Positions 39,396 to 49,302 are shown, counted from the first letter of the stretch. The stretch: 64,000 nucleotides of DNA from an uncultured Candidatus Saccharibacteria bacterium (GCA_964426735.1 CAYRRP010000003.1:13378-77377), one strand, 5' to 3'. Notes: generated from the sequence alone by a model not told the origin. A program made the numbers and translations.

Positions 39396-40763
39396 CTAAC
39401 AATCCAACACATAAGGTCTCCCTCTTTGTGGATACAGCGCATCTACATCGAGATAGTCTCGGAGTCTCTGCACTAAGAAAAGTGATGCCTTAGGCTCCCC
39501 CATCACCACAAATACTTTCTTTACTGTATGAGCAGTATCAGCAATCATATCGATTAAATGTTCACTATCTTTGTGAGATGAATATCCTGTAATCATTTCA
39601 ATACGTGCACGGACAGGAATTTTTACATTCTGAATTATAAGTTCTTTCGGAGCTTCTTGTATTGCTCGCCCGAGTGTACCAACCGCCTGATAACCCATCA
39701 ACAGTATGGTATTTTTTGGATCTGGCAAATAATTCATTTCATGAAATACCACTCGCCCACCGGATGACATACCCGACCCTGCAATAATAATTTTTGGACT
39801 TGCTTCTTCGAGTAAAGATTTTGATTCTTTTCCATCTCGCACAATACGTAGTTTAGGAAAATTAAAAATATCATCTCCACCTTTAATCTCTTTTTGCACC
39901 CCTTGATTAAAATACTTTGCTGTATGTTTGTATATGTCAGTAACTTTCAATGCAAGCGGAGAATCCAAAAAAACAGGTACGGAAGGAATCTGTTTTTCTT
40001 CCACCAGATTATTTATTTCATACAAAATAACCTGCGTACGTTCGAGTGAAAAAGCAGGGATGACAATAGTCCCGCCACGAGCAATACCTTCTATAAGAAT
40101 TCTCTTAAACTTTGCATCACGATCTTCTTTTGATTCATGATTTCTATCACCATATACACTATCCATAACAACATAATCAACGTCTGTAATTTTTTCTGTA
40201 TCTCGCAAAATTGGTGTTGGAGAATTACCTGAATCTCCTGTGAAAAGAATCTTTTTGGTTCCATAAGTAAATTCAAACATAGAAGAACCGAGAATATGCC
40301 CCGCATCTTTAAGAAAGACAGAAAATTCATCGTTTATTTTTGTATGAGTATGATATGGAATCGTACGCCAATGAGAAAGAGCTTTATCTAAATCATCTTG
40401 TTCATACAGTGGAGCTTCTTGTTTTTCTCGTCTATTTTGCTCCATAATCTTTAGCGCATCAGTGAGCATTACCCGAGCAATCTCTTTGGTTTCTGGTGTA
40501 GAAAACAAGGAACCTGTAAATCCGTCACGAAATAGCTTAGGAATTTTACCGATATGATCCATATGTGCATGGGTGATAAAACCATAATCTATCTCACCAA
40601 GATTATACGGGAAGTCAGCTGTATTTTCTTGATCTGCCTCAGGTACCCCCTGTAGAAGACCACAGTCGACAATAAATGCGGAGTACTCCCCTCTTACCAA
40701 GAAGTTTGCACCCGTAACAGCACCTACGCCTCCCCAAAATGTAATTTCAAGTTTCTTAGACAT
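39396..40763 (-). CDS. rnj: ribonuclease J (metallo-beta-lactamase/beta-CASP RNase)
   Basis: HxHxDH motif FITHAHMDHIG, beta-CASP region, ~455 aa. N-terminal LEITFWGGVGAVTGAN. Confidence 0.85.
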   Translation of the reverse strand: MSKKLEITFWGGVGAVTGANFLVRGEYSAFIVDCGLLQGVPEADQENTADFPYNLGEIDYGFITHAHMDHIGKIPKLFRDGFTGSLFSTPETKEIARVMLTDALKIMEQNRREKQEAPLYEQDDLDKALSHWRTIPYHTHTKINDEFSVFLKDAGHILGSSMFEFTYGTKKILFTGDSGNSPTPILRDTEKITDVDYVVMDSVYGDRNHESKEDRDAKFKRILIEGIARGGTIVIPAFSLERTQVILYEINNLVEEKQIPSVPVFLDSPLALKVTDIYKHTAKYFNQGVQKEIKGGDDIFNFPKLRIVRDGKESKSLLEEASPKIIIAGSGMSSGGRVVFHEMNYLPDPKNTILLMGYQAVGTLGRAIQEAPKELIIQNVKIPVRARIEMITGYSSHKDSEHLIDMIADTAHTVKKVFVVMGEPKASLFLVQRLRDYLDVDALYPQRGRPYVLDC

Positions 40764-41151
40764 TCTTCTTCTCTAAGTTATGCACATATACACTACCACA
40801 TACTGCACCCAGCGTATCCATAACAATATCCATACCAGTGTCCGCCCAATATTCAACTGATGCAAGGTTGGTAACACCAATAATGAGTTCAAAGTATTCC
40901 CATACCAAACCAACAAGGACTGTAAATACTACTCCAAGGATAAGCTTTTCTGTATAAGAAAGTGCTGACTTAAAAAGTGACAGTGCCCAAAAGAAAAAGA
41001 GTGCAACAAAAAGACCTCCAAGAAAGTGCATAACCATATCAAACCAAATCACAGTCCAAAAGAGATAGAGCTTGTACGCGATAGCATTTAATGCTCCTAC
41101 AATGAAAAGAACCCAGAACATCGCTCGAAAGAGTGTACTTTTTTGCATATA
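40756..41151 (-). CDS. small polytopic membrane protein (VanZ-like?)
   Basis: Likely start MQKSTLFRAMFWVLFIV. Four hydrophobic helices. ORF-track N-terminal extension to 41289 is probably non-coding. Confidence 0.4.
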   Translation of the reverse strand, partial: YMQKSTLFRAMFWVLFIVGALNAIAYKLYLFWTVIWFDMVMHFLGGLFVALFFFWALSLFKSALSYTEKLILGVVFTVLVGLVWEYFELIIGVTNLASVEYWADTGMDIVMDTLGAVCGSVYVHNLEKKNV

Positions 41152-41217
41152 GATAATAATACCCTGAAAAGAGGCTAAATTCAAAACATCTCTCTGTATA
41201 CAAAAAGTCCCAAAATT

Positions 41218-41345
41218 GAGTAAGGTCGCGTATAAATTTTGGGAAATGTTCGTAGACGTACTTGTCGTACGGCGAAGAATATTTTCCAAAATTTAGACGA
41301 TGAGATTGCTCAATTTTGGGACTTTTAGTAGGGTCGCGGTATACT
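41218..41345 (-). repeat. terminator-module repeat family F, copy F1 (AGGTCGCGTATAAA - long hairpin with GACGTAC..GTACG core - TTTAGACGATGAGATTGC...GGTCGCGGTATAC)
   Basis: Shares flanks and palindromic core with copies at 44465, 57118 and 53230. Confidence 0.4.
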
Positions 41346-41589
41346 TCCTAAGTTAAAAACTTAGGTGGGTGCCCGCACAATGGAATGTTGCAGCTTTCGC
41401 CCCGCGATTTCATTAAATATAAGGCTCCCTAAAAAATGGTTAGCTAGAAAATATACAGCAACCCTATGTGCATTATACTCTTATAAATAAGTTCCGCAAC
41501 TTAACTCTTAGGCATATAAACTTTCATAATCTAGATGCAGTTCTAGGAGAAAATTTGAAAATGCGAGAAGCCTTACTTTCGGTAAGGTG

Positions 41590-41637
41590 ACGAGAATTTT
41601 TAATTTTTCGACAACGAAATGCGCTAGATTTGGAAGT
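41590..41637 (-). repeat. partial F-family 3' module (GCGCTAGATTTGGAAG) abutting the ndk stop codon
   Basis: AAATTTGGAAG motif 2-8 nt before stop, as after tuf and secY. Confidence 0.35.
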
Positions 41638-42243
41638 TTACTCAAGAATTCCGTCTAAGTTGACGTCATACAATATTTCGTCCTGAACAAGACGATACGA
41701 TAGTATTTCCTCTGGTTTAAACCACAATGCAATTTCTTTTTCTGCTTCATCCACTGTACCTGATGCATGCACGAGATTTCGCACTGAGCGACTGTCTGTA
41801 TCTGAAAGTTCATATGAGTCAAGAACAAAATCCCCTCGGATTGTCCCTATATCTGAAGAAAGTGGTTCCGTTCCTCCGGTTATCTTTCGTACAATAGCAA
41901 CCGCATGAGCACCCTGCCATACAAGTGCAACAACCGGACCTGAAGACATGTATTCTTTAAGTCGACCGAGTATTCTTTGACTCGCTTCAAGAGGATCCTC
42001 TGTAGGTGGAGTTAATCCTTTTTCATGATAACTTTTAATTGTTTTTTCTCCTGCCTTACGTCTCCACTCTGGGTCAACCGTATAATGCTTTTCAACCATC
42101 TCTTCGGTCGGGATAAGCATTTTTGAACCCACAAGTTTGAGACCGATTCGTTCATATCGTTTGATAAGCTCTCCTATTAGACTACGCTGTACTCCATCTG
42201 GTTTTATTATCACCAACGTTTTTTCTTGTTTTGGATGCATCAT
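41638..42243 (-). CDS. ndk: nucleoside diphosphate kinase (long form)
   Basis: LVIIKPDGVQRSLIGELIKRYE..., GPVVALVWQG, HASGTVDEAEKEI (active-site His region). Confidence 0.85.
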   Translation of the reverse strand: MMHPKQEKTLVIIKPDGVQRSLIGELIKRYERIGLKLVGSKMLIPTEEMVEKHYTVDPEWRRKAGEKTIKSYHEKGLTPPTEDPLEASQRILGRLKEYMSSGPVVALVWQGAHAVAIVRKITGGTEPLSSDIGTIRGDFVLDSYELSDTDSRSVRNLVHASGTVDEAEKEIALWFKPEEILSYRLVQDEILYDVNLDGILE

Positions 42244-42292
42244 GAGGATTAAAGATTAAAGGATTAATGATTAAGGAATAATGCGATAAAAA
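42244..42292 (-). repeat. TTAATC-type tandem repeats upstream of ndk
   Basis: Minus-sense TTAATCATTAATCCTTTAATCTTTAATCCTC-ATG. Confidence 0.4.
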
Positions 42293-43060
42293 TTAACGAG
42301 TAAGGACAATAGGTTCACCTTCAGTGATTACGACAGTATGCTCTGCATGCGCTGCCCACGATCCATCTTTTGTTTTATACGTGTACCCATCTTTTGCAAG
42401 TACTATTTTATCTCCTCCGAGAGTAAGCATTGGCTCAATCGCAATCACCATACCTGGTACTAATTTCTCACCTTGCCCCTTTTGACCCTCATTGGGAACA
42501 TACGGGTCTTCATGTACTGTATAACCCACTCCGTGGCCCGCCAGGCTCTCAGGTAGGCCATACCCGAGTGAACGAGCGTATGAGCCGATTGCATAGCTTA
42601 TATCGCCAATATGAGCCCCACCACGAGCTTCTTTAATACCCCGAGCAAGCGCCTCTTCGGTGTGAGCGATGAGCTTTCGCTCCCTCTCACCCACTTCCCC
42701 TACACCAACCGTAATCGCACTATCTGTAATCATCCCTTTATGTGTAAGCCCAAGATCGAGAGTAACCACATCTCCTTCTTTTAGAATCTGAGCATCTTCG
42801 TTTGGAATACCATGCACAATCTCATCATTGATAGAAACACATAACGCTGCTGGATACGCACGTTTTGCACCTCGTGGTGTGTAATGTAAAAATGCACCTT
42901 TATCTCCACCCTCTTTAATGAGTTCCCGGGCTTTATCTTCAAGTGTTTGTGTACTCACTCCAGGGGCTACTATTTTTCTAAGCTCACGCAAAATGAAAGC
43001 ATGACGAGCGCCACCTTCTTTGAGGATTTCTATTTCTTCTGGTTTTTTGATTCGAATCAT
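42293..43060 (-). CDS. map: methionine aminopeptidase type I
   Basis: Pita-bread fold motifs: HGIP, D...D metal ligands (VVTLDLG, DSAITVGVG), HTEE, E at C-terminus. Confidence 0.9.
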   Translation of the reverse strand: MIRIKKPEEIEILKEGGARHAFILRELRKIVAPGVSTQTLEDKARELIKEGGDKGAFLHYTPRGAKRAYPAALCVSINDEIVHGIPNEDAQILKEGDVVTLDLGLTHKGMITDSAITVGVGEVGERERKLIAHTEEALARGIKEARGGAHIGDISYAIGSYARSLGYGLPESLAGHGVGYTVHEDPYVPNEGQKGQGEKLVPGMVIAIEPMLTLGGDKIVLAKDGYTYKTKDGSWAAHAEHTVVITEGEPIVLTR

Positions 43061-43116
43061 AAATATACGAATATACGAATGGGATGCTTACGAATAGATA
43101 CGAATACATTCAAACA
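43061..43116 (-). repeat. ATTCGTA / TACGAAT repeats upstream of map
   Basis: Minus-sense CATACGAATCAACGAATAG..TATTCGTATCTATTCGTAAGC..ATTCGTATATTCGTATATTT-ATG. Confidence 0.4.
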
Positions 43117-43719
43117 CTATTCGTTGATTCGTATGTTTAACTTCTCCATAATCTCTTTGTTTACCTCTTCGATCGTTTGTTCACCATTGATATCGAGCAC
43201 CCGGTATGCAGGGTTATCCCTGAAGTACTGGATTGCCGAAACAACCTCTGTATCAAACCACTCTAACCTTTTTTTGATTTCTGACAACTCATCATCAGAG
43301 CGCCCTCGCTCAAGAGCTCGTGCCATAGACCATTCATTTGATGTATTAATAATGATCACTGCAACATTTTTTCGTTTATAAAACTGTAGTGCAGTATCGA
43401 GAATCGGTGACTCGTACCGGCGTCGACAAAGACCGTCAAACACAAGATGCTCGTCTCCAGTGAAATTCTCCACCAGAAACGAAGTCCAGAGCCACACTGG
43501 CATAAATGGCGGCATAAGCCCTCCCGTCTCCATCACTTCTTTTGTCAGCCGAGCTGAATGATTATCTCGAACAATAAACTCACGAAGTTTTTGTCCAGTC
43601 TCGAGATACAAACACTCTCGCTGCGAATCATTTGTTTTCAAATACTCCATAAGAAGCTGTGCCTGGGTACCTTTCCCCGACCCCGCTCTCCCAAAAAGCA
43701 ATATGGTTTGTGGTGTCAT
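43117..43719 (-). CDS. adk: adenylate kinase
   Basis: P-loop GRAGSGKGTQA, LID-less short form, 200 aa. Two ACTTTCGAC direct repeats upstream. Confidence 0.9.
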   Translation of the reverse strand: MTPQTILLFGRAGSGKGTQAQLLMEYLKTNDSQRECLYLETGQKLREFIVRDNHSARLTKEVMETGGLMPPFMPVWLWTSFLVENFTGDEHLVFDGLCRRRYESPILDTALQFYKRKNVAVIIINTSNEWSMARALERGRSDDELSEIKKRLEWFDTEVVSAIQYFRDNPAYRVLDINGEQTIEEVNKEIMEKLNIRINE

Positions 43720-43761
43720 GAGTATAGTATAGTCGAAAGTGTAAAAAGTCGAAAGTTTGTA

Positions 43762-43806
43762 AGCTCAGGAAAATATAAAAAAGATCCTTCATTTTGTCCC
43801 ATACTA
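43762..43806. terminator. long hairpin AGATCCTTCATTTTGTCCCATAC-TAG-TATGGGGAACGAAGGATCT
   Basis: About 20-bp imperfect stem downstream of P4. Confidence 0.5.
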
Positions 43807-43841
43807 GTATGGGGAACGAAGGATCTTCTGATAGATCAACA

Positions 43842-44315
43842 CTAAACGATGCCCGTGAACAGACGCCAACCTGGAGCATAGAACATTGTAATATGACTTG
43901 GTATTTCTACCTTCCAACACTGCAGAATGTCGTCCCATGTGACTTCTGACCACCAATTATCTGCACAAAAGATATTGATGCCATACGTAGTTAAGGAACC
44001 AAGTTCCCCACAAGGCTGACGATTGATCAATTCCTTGATAGCACCGCACACTTCGGAAGGAGCGAGGTGTTTTATACCACCAGACACCTTGAATGCTTCT
44101 TGCATTTCATCAATCATACAGTGCTCGACTACGTTAAACTGATTGAGTTTAATCCGTGTACCGTTACGCAACGCCGTAGCCGTGCCATGCCGTTGTCTAA
44201 AATAATCCCCAACCCTCAACCCTAATCGGGTCTGATAATAGGTTTTAGGATCGTAATTCCCGGAGACGACAATTTCAATATCATCCCCTTTTTCCACTTT
44301 CCTGCTCATACTCAT
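43842..44315 (-). CDS. hypothetical protein P4 (157 aa) inserted between secY and adk
   Basis: Breaks the otherwise universal secY-adk adjacency. Elevated GC. Own TTGACA-16-TATAAT promoter and AAGGGG SD-like element. Confidence 0.4.
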   Translation of the reverse strand: MSMSRKVEKGDDIEIVVSGNYDPKTYYQTRLGLRVGDYFRQRHGTATALRNGTRIKLNQFNVVEHCMIDEMQEAFKVSGGIKHLAPSEVCGAIKELINRQPCGELGSLTTYGINIFCADNWWSEVTWDDILQCWKVEIPSHITMFYAPGWRLFTGIV

Positions 44316-44329
44316 AACTACCCCTTTTC

Positions 44330-44365
44330 AAACAGTTTCCACCTAGGATTATATAGTTATATTAT
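44330..44365 (-). promoter_or_regulatory. sigma70-like promoter for P4
   Basis: Minus-sense CTATTGACAGGTAATAATATAACTATATAATCC. Confidence 0.45.
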
Positions 44366-44389
44366 TACCTGTCAATAGTACCGATTACA

Positions 44390-44425
44390 CAAAATCCCCT
44401 TTTTTGAGGGGATTTTGTGTTTTGA
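44390..44425. terminator. terminator AAAATCCCC-TTTTTTGA-GGGGATTTTGTG
   Basis: Perfect 9-bp stem with flanking T/A runs. Confidence 0.6.
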
Positions 44426-44464
44426 AAACTAGATATTATGTGGTTACGAACTTTCACAATTTCT

Positions 44465-44576
44465 CCGAGGTCGCGGATAAAATATGGAAAGGGACCGGAG
44501 ACGTACTTACTGGTACGATGAGGACCATTTCCAGATTTTAGCCGATGAGATCGGTGAAATTTGGAAGTTCTGTTGT
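44465..44576 (-). repeat. terminator-module repeat family F, copy F2, directly after the secY stop
   Basis: GAGGTCGCGGATAAAATATGGAAAGGGACC-GGAGACGTACTTACTGGTACGATG-AGGACCATTTCCAGATTTTAGCCGATGAGATCGGTGAAATTTGGAAG. Confidence 0.45.
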
Positions 44577-45848
44577 TTAATACTCCCTAATAGAAACTTG
44601 AGCGTCGATTTTTTTGATAAGATCAATAACTACGGATACCGCAATCAAAAGCGCAGTACCTCCTACTGAAACCGCTGTAATACCAGTGAGTCCTCTGATT
44701 GCCAACGGAAGAATTGCAATCACGCCGAGGAACAATGCTCCGATAAGAGTCAGTCGAGTAAGAGTTTTCGCAATATGTTCAGAGGTTGGAGTACCTGGAC
44801 GTACACCCGGAATAAACGCTCCGTTTTTCTGAAGATTTTTTGAAATCTGATCAGGATCAAAGGTTACCGCTGTATAGAAGTATGTGAAGATAAATACAAG
44901 GAAGAAATATGCAATCGCATACACCCATGAGTTTGAGATAAATGTATTCAATGCAGTTGCAACATTTTTAATTGCAGGATAATCAACATTTGCAAGAAAC
45001 TGAGATATGATTTGTGGGAATAGCAATATTGCTGATCCAAAGATAATCGGCATAACACCAGCTTGATTCATACGAAGTGGAAGATATGTTGATGTACCAC
45101 CATATACTTTCATACCACGTACTTGTTTTGCATACGTGACCGGAATCGGACGCTCTGCTTCGGTGACCACTACCACAAGAACAACTACAACAATAGCGAT
45201 AATTGCAAAAAGTGCATAGAGTGGAAGTTGTACAGGATCAAATACATATGCAAGTTGAGAAATAGCTGTTGGAAGTTGTGACACGATACCTGCAAAAATG
45301 ATAAGTGATACACCATTTCCAATACCGTATTCAGTGATCAATTCACCAATCCACATCAGAAGCATCGATCCAGCAGTAATAACCGCGAGATTAACCATCA
45401 AATCAAACGGTGCCATTGACGCAATAACATTCTGAGATTCAAGAAGTTTAATCAAGCTAAATCCCTGAATCAGTGCAAAAGGTATTGCAAGCATACGTCC
45501 ATATTGGGCAAACTTTCGACGACCCGCATCCCCTTCTTCTTGATACATCTCTTTCAATCGTGAAGACATTACGGTAAGCAACTGCATAATGATAGATCCT
45601 GTAATATATGGACCCACACCAAGCATCACGATAGACAACTGTGAAAGACCACCTCCAGAGAACAAGTTGAGGAGTCCGAGAAATTCACTATTTGCAAACA
45701 AAGAAGTAAGTGCTGATTGATCTACACCAGGGATAGGGATAATAGCAAGAAAACGAAACACAACAAGTGCGCCAAGTGTGAACAAAATTCGTGTACGAAG
45801 AGCTTTGTCTTGTAATACGAGTCCGAATTTATAGAAAAAGTTTTTCAT
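44577..45848 (-). CDS. secY: preprotein translocase subunit SecY
   Basis: Ten-TM profile, conserved LGVGPYITGSIIMQLL and plug/hinge regions. Follows rplO. Confidence 0.9.
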   Translation of the reverse strand: MKNFFYKFGLVLQDKALRTRILFTLGALVVFRFLAIIPIPGVDQSALTSLFANSEFLGLLNLFSGGGLSQLSIVMLGVGPYITGSIIMQLLTVMSSRLKEMYQEEGDAGRRKFAQYGRMLAIPFALIQGFSLIKLLESQNVIASMAPFDLMVNLAVITAGSMLLMWIGELITEYGIGNGVSLIIFAGIVSQLPTAISQLAYVFDPVQLPLYALFAIIAIVVVVLVVVVTEAERPIPVTYAKQVRGMKVYGGTSTYLPLRMNQAGVMPIIFGSAILLFPQIISQFLANVDYPAIKNVATALNTFISNSWVYAIAYFFLVFIFTYFYTAVTFDPDQISKNLQKNGAFIPGVRPGTPTSEHIAKTLTRLTLIGALFLGVIAILPLAIRGLTGITAVSVGGTALLIAVSVVIDLIKKIDAQVSIREY

Positions 45849-45965
45849 GAAATTAATATACGAATATGTGAATCATACGAATTTACGAATGAATACGAAT
45901 GAATGCTTTTGAATGTGCTTTATTCGTAGCTATTCGTAAGTTTTTCATTCGTATATTTCGTATAT
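45849..45965 (-). repeat. TACGAAT and ATTCGTA repeats (both orientations, about 9 units) in rplO-secY spacer
   Basis: Minus-sense ...TACGAAATATACGAATGAAAAACTTACGAATAGCTACGAATAAAG...ATTCGTATTCATTCGTAAATTCGTATGATTCACATATTCGTATATTAATTTC-ATG. Confidence 0.4.
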
Positions 45966-46406
45966 CTATACTACCACTTTACCACCAATTGCCTCAATTT
46001 TAGCCTTGGCAGAAAGAGAAAGAGCGCAACCAGATACAGTAACCTTTTTAGTAATATCACCGGTTGAAAGAATCTTTACTTGAGGCTTCTTACCGTAGAT
46101 TGTTGTAATCACGCCTTTTGCAACAAGAGTTGCTGGAGTTACTTTGTCTCCATTTGAAAATGCATTTGAAATAGATTCAAGTGTAACAGGCACATATGCA
46201 CTCTGAATTGATGTGTTGATATTTACACCTCGTCCTCGAAGCTTAGGAACTCGTTTAATAAAATCTCGAAGTTCTGGTCTCTTTTTGTGACCAGCTCGTG
46301 CATTTTGACCTTTTGTTCCACGACCAGCAGTTTTAGCTTTAACACCCCCACGACCGATCTGTCGTGATTTCTTATTTTTATGTGTTCTCTTTAGTGTGTT
46401 TAACAT
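45966..46406 (-). CDS. rplO: 50S ribosomal protein L15
   Basis: Gly/Arg/Lys-rich N-terminus (GRGGVKAKTAGRGTKGQNARAG). Directly follows rpsE with no rpmD. Confidence 0.9.
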   Translation of the reverse strand: MLNTLKRTHKNKKSRQIGRGGVKAKTAGRGTKGQNARAGHKKRPELRDFIKRVPKLRGRGVNINTSIQSAYVPVTLESISNAFSNGDKVTPATLVAKGVITTIYGKKPQVKILSTGDITKKVTVSGCALSLSAKAKIEAIGGKVVV

Positions 46407-46423
46407 GGCAGTGTAATTAAGTA

Positions 46424-46975
46424 TTATTTAGCTCTGAGAGTTGAGAGTGCCTTGATAGCAGCCTTTGCATTGTTTACCTTATTTTTACTTCGTGAAAAAA
46501 GTTTTGAACCAACTTCCTTTACTCCTGCAAGCTCAAGTACAGTACGCACAGATGAACCCGCGAGAATTCCCTTTCCTGGCGCTCGCATAATAGATACCTG
46601 TGATCCAGAAAACTTTGCAAACACCTCATGAGGAATTGAGTGATTCTTTGTAAGAGGAATCTTAATCATATTTTTCTTTGCATCACGTGCAGCTTTGTCG
46701 ATTGCAAGTGGAGTATCAGTTGCTTTTCCTTGTCCTACACCTACCTTACCTTTTCGATCACCTACCACAACAGCAACAGAAAAACTAAATCGTCGTCCTC
46801 CAGTTACCACTCGGGTTACACGTCGAATACTGATGATTTTTTGATCAAATTCTGGTTTAACTCGAGGTTCTCGAGAATCTCTTCGATCACGATTTGGTTT
46901 TCGTGCACCTCGCTTATCTTTTGATCCAGCATCTGCCGGAGCAGCCTGTGTATGTGATTTAATTTCTTCTGTCAT
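46424..46975 (-). CDS. rpsE: 30S ribosomal protein S5
   Basis: S5 dsRBD and C-terminal domain (GRRFSFSVAVVVGDRKGKVGVGQGKA). N-terminal basic extension. Confidence 0.9.
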   Translation of the reverse strand: MTEEIKSHTQAAPADAGSKDKRGARKPNRDRRDSREPRVKPEFDQKIISIRRVTRVVTGGRRFSFSVAVVVGDRKGKVGVGQGKATDTPLAIDKAARDAKKNMIKIPLTKNHSIPHEVFAKFSGSQVSIMRAPGKGILAGSSVRTVLELAGVKEVGSKLFSRSKNKVNNAKAAIKALSTLRAK

Positions 46976-46987
46976 AGTAATTATAAA

Positions 46988-47338
46988 TTAAAATACGAGT
47001 CCCCCTTCACGAGCACCATCGGCAACAGCTTTAATATTTCCTGTGTAGATAAAACCGCCTCGGTCAAACACAACAGTTTCAATATGTTTTGCTTTTGCTT
47101 TTGTAGCAATCTCACGACCAACAGCAAACGCTTTTTCAGAAAGAGTCTTACCTTTTACTGTTTTCGTATGTGCAGACACAAGAGTTATCCCTTTTGAATC
47201 ATCGATCAGTTGTGCTCCCACATGCTGATTTGATTTAAATACCGCCAATCGAGGACGAGTTTCTGTACCAGAAACCTTCGCTCTGATTCGAAGCTTTCGT
47301 CGGATTCGTTGTGCTGTTTTGGAAATTTTTGTGTTCAT
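46988..47338 (-). CDS. rplR: 50S ribosomal protein L18
   Basis: [32 protein letters not shown]...[19 protein letters not shown]. Confidence 0.9.
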   Translation of the reverse strand: MNTKISKTAQRIRRKLRIRAKVSGTETRPRLAVFKSNQHVGAQLIDDSKGITLVSAHTKTVKGKTLSEKAFAVGREIATKAKAKHIETVVFDRGGFIYTGNIKAVADGAREGGLVF

Positions 47339-47418
47339 ATGATTAGTCGTTAGTCACAAGTCAGTAGTCTTTAGGAATGCATTTACTGTATTCTATTGAC
47401 TATTGACTGTTACCTATC
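47339..47418 (-). repeat. GACT/AGTC-rich intercistronic repeat family R, copy R1
   Basis: TTAGTCGTTAGTCACAAGTCAGTAGTCTTTAGGAATGCATTT... Related to copies at 47953, 49303, 49692, 52600, 55141. Confidence 0.45.
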
Positions 47419-47952
47419 TTATGCTGACTTTTTACCTTGCTTACGCTTGATAACCTCCCCTTCGTATCGAAGACCTTTGCCTTTATATGGCTCTGGCTTT
47501 TTCCAATCTCGAACCATTGCAGCAAATGCTCCTACCTCTTCTGTATTTATACCAGAAATAGTAATAACATTTTTCTCAGCTGTCACCTTTAGAGATGCAG
47601 GAATATCAATATGTACTGGATGTGAGAATCCAAGAGCAAGTACAAGCTGTGTACCTTTTACTTCAGATTTGTATCCAATACCTTCAAGAATAAGTTTTTT
47701 GACGAATGGTGTATGTACACCATTGATCATATTGGTGATATGTGACCCATATGTTCCCCACAATGCTCTGTTTGCAATTGTTTCTTTTACTGGTGCGAGT
47801 GTGATTGACTCTGGAGTAATAGTAAGTGCAACTTGGTCAGAAAAATTCTTTGAGAGTGACCCTTGTGGACCCTTTACAGTGAAAAGACCTGAAGTAAATG
47901 TAACTTCTGTTCCCTTCGGTATGGTAATTATTTTTTTTCCTATACGTGACAT
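47419..47952 (-). CDS. rplF: 50S ribosomal protein L6
   Basis: MSRIGKKIITIPKGTEVTFT... two L6 domains. Confidence 0.9.
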   Translation of the reverse strand: MSRIGKKIITIPKGTEVTFTSGLFTVKGPQGSLSKNFSDQVALTITPESITLAPVKETIANRALWGTYGSHITNMINGVHTPFVKKLILEGIGYKSEVKGTQLVLALGFSHPVHIDIPASLKVTAEKNVITISGINTEEVGAFAAMVRDWKKPEPYKGKGLRYEGEVIKRKQGKKSA

Positions 47953-48034
47953 ATAATTTTTTTAGTCGTTAGTTTACAGTCTTTAGTCCTTAGAAATGCT
48001 TTTGTATTTCCTGTAGACTATTGACTGCTATCTT
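47953..48034 (-). repeat. repeat family R, copy R2
   Basis: TTTAGTCGTTAGTTTACAGTCTTTAGTCCTTAGAAATGCTTTTG... Confidence 0.45.
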
Positions 48035-48466
48035 CTACCATAACGTACACAACGCTTCTCCTCCGACCTTTTCTTTTCGAGCAACCTCATCAGAAATCAC
48101 TCCTTTTGGAGTTGAAATCACCATGATACCATACCCATTTTTTACTGGTCTGATTTCATTTGCTTTGATGTATACTCGTTTTGAACTTTTTGAAACTCGC
48201 TTTACTCCTCGAATCTTTGGTGAACCATCTGATTCGTATGCAAGAGTTACCTCAATATACTTAATTACTTTTTTTCCTTTCTTTGTAGCACCTTTAATGA
48301 AACCTGTTTTTGCAAGTACATCAAGAATCGCCATCTTAAGTTTAGAGTATGACAACACAACAGTTTCCTTGCGGACCTGCCCTGCGTTGTATATCTCATT
48401 AATCATTGCTGCAATTGGATCTGTCATATTATTTCGTTGGGAGTATTTCAGGCCAAGAGGGCCCAA
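48035..48466 (-). CDS. rpsH: 30S ribosomal protein S8
   Basis: MTDPIAAMINEIYNA...GFIKG... typical S8. Real start about 48424. Confidence 0.9.
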   Translation of the reverse strand: MGPLGLKYSQRNNMTDPIAAMINEIYNAGQVRKETVVLSYSKLKMAILDVLAKTGFIKGATKKGKKVIKYIEVTLAYESDGSPKIRGVKRVSKSSKRVYIKANEIRPVKNGYGIMVISTPKGVISDEVARKEKVGGEALCTLW

Positions 48467-48469
48467 AAC

Positions 48470-48655
48470 TTACCACGATGATTTTTTAATACCTGGGATT
48501 TTACCCTCATTGGCAAGCTCGCGGAAGCAGATACGGCAGAGATCAAAATCTCTCATATATCCATGCTTTCGACCACATCGAAAACATCGGTTTACTTTTT
48601 TAGTTGTAAACTTAGCCTTCTTTAATGATCGTGCGATTACTGATGTTTTTGCCAT
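48470..48655 (-). CDS. rpsZ: 30S ribosomal protein S14 type Z (zinc-binding)
   Basis: 61 aa with [23 protein letters not shown], a C4 zinc ribbon. Confidence 0.85.
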   Translation of the reverse strand: MAKTSVIARSLKKAKFTTKKVNRCFRCGRKHGYMRDFDLCRICFRELANEGKIPGIKKSSW

Positions 48656-48729
48656 TGTGTGATTAATTTGCTTATGTAAAGCTTGGGTCTCATCCTAACA
48701 GGATTGAGTTCCCAAGTCAAACCTCCTTT

Positions 48730-49302
48730 TTACTTCTTTTTTGCTGCCTTAACCTTTGGATATCCTTCATCTTTTTTGAAAGGAAAACCGAGGTGAGTAA
48801 GGAATGCTTTTGTTTCAAGTGGATTTGAAATATTTGTACCCACTGTTACCGCAAGCCCGAACACATCCTTAAGTTCCTCATCTGCTGACTCAGGGAAAAT
48901 AGTGTTTTCTTTAATACCGAGAGTATAGTTACCCATTTCATCAATACCTTTTGCAGAGATACCACGGAAGTCTTTTGTTCGAGGAAGCGCGATGTTGAGG
49001 AGTCTTTCAAGAAAATCATACATTCGTTTTCCTCGGAGAGTAATCTGAATACCCACAGTATCTCCTTGTCGAACTTTAAACGCAGCAACTGACTGTTTTG
49101 CACCTTTTTTTACAGGTTTTTGACCAGTAATATCAGCAAGTCTGTTGTATGTATGCTCTATTTTTTTCTTATCTTTAAACGATCCTACTCCAGCAGAAAC
49201 AACCACCTTTGAAATTTTTGGTGCCTGCATAGCGTTCTTATAGCCAAACTCTCCTTTGAGAGCTCCGTATGCCTTTTCTACTTTGTCTTTAATGTGTTCC
49301 AT
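48730..49302 (-). CDS. rplE: 50S ribosomal protein L5
   Basis: KNAMQAPKISKVVVSAGVG...FDGRGNYTLGIKE... L5 signature. Confidence 0.9.
   Translation of the reverse strand: MEHIKDKVEKAYGALKGEFGYKNAMQAPKISKVVVSAGVGSFKDKKKIEHTYNRLADITGQKPVKKGAKQSVAAFKVRQGDTVGIQITLRGKRMYDFLERLLNIALPRTKDFRGISAKGIDEMGNYTLGIKENTIFPESADEELKDVFGLAVTVGTNISNPLETKAFLTHLGFPFKKDEGYPKVKAAKKK

Noticed and set aside
41345-41590. RNase P RNA or SRP RNA in the long ndk-upstream spacer
   Set aside because: No P4 helix motifs (AGGAAAGUCCGGGCUC / ACAGAANCCGGCUUA) and no SRP domain IV motif (GGAAGCAG...) found.
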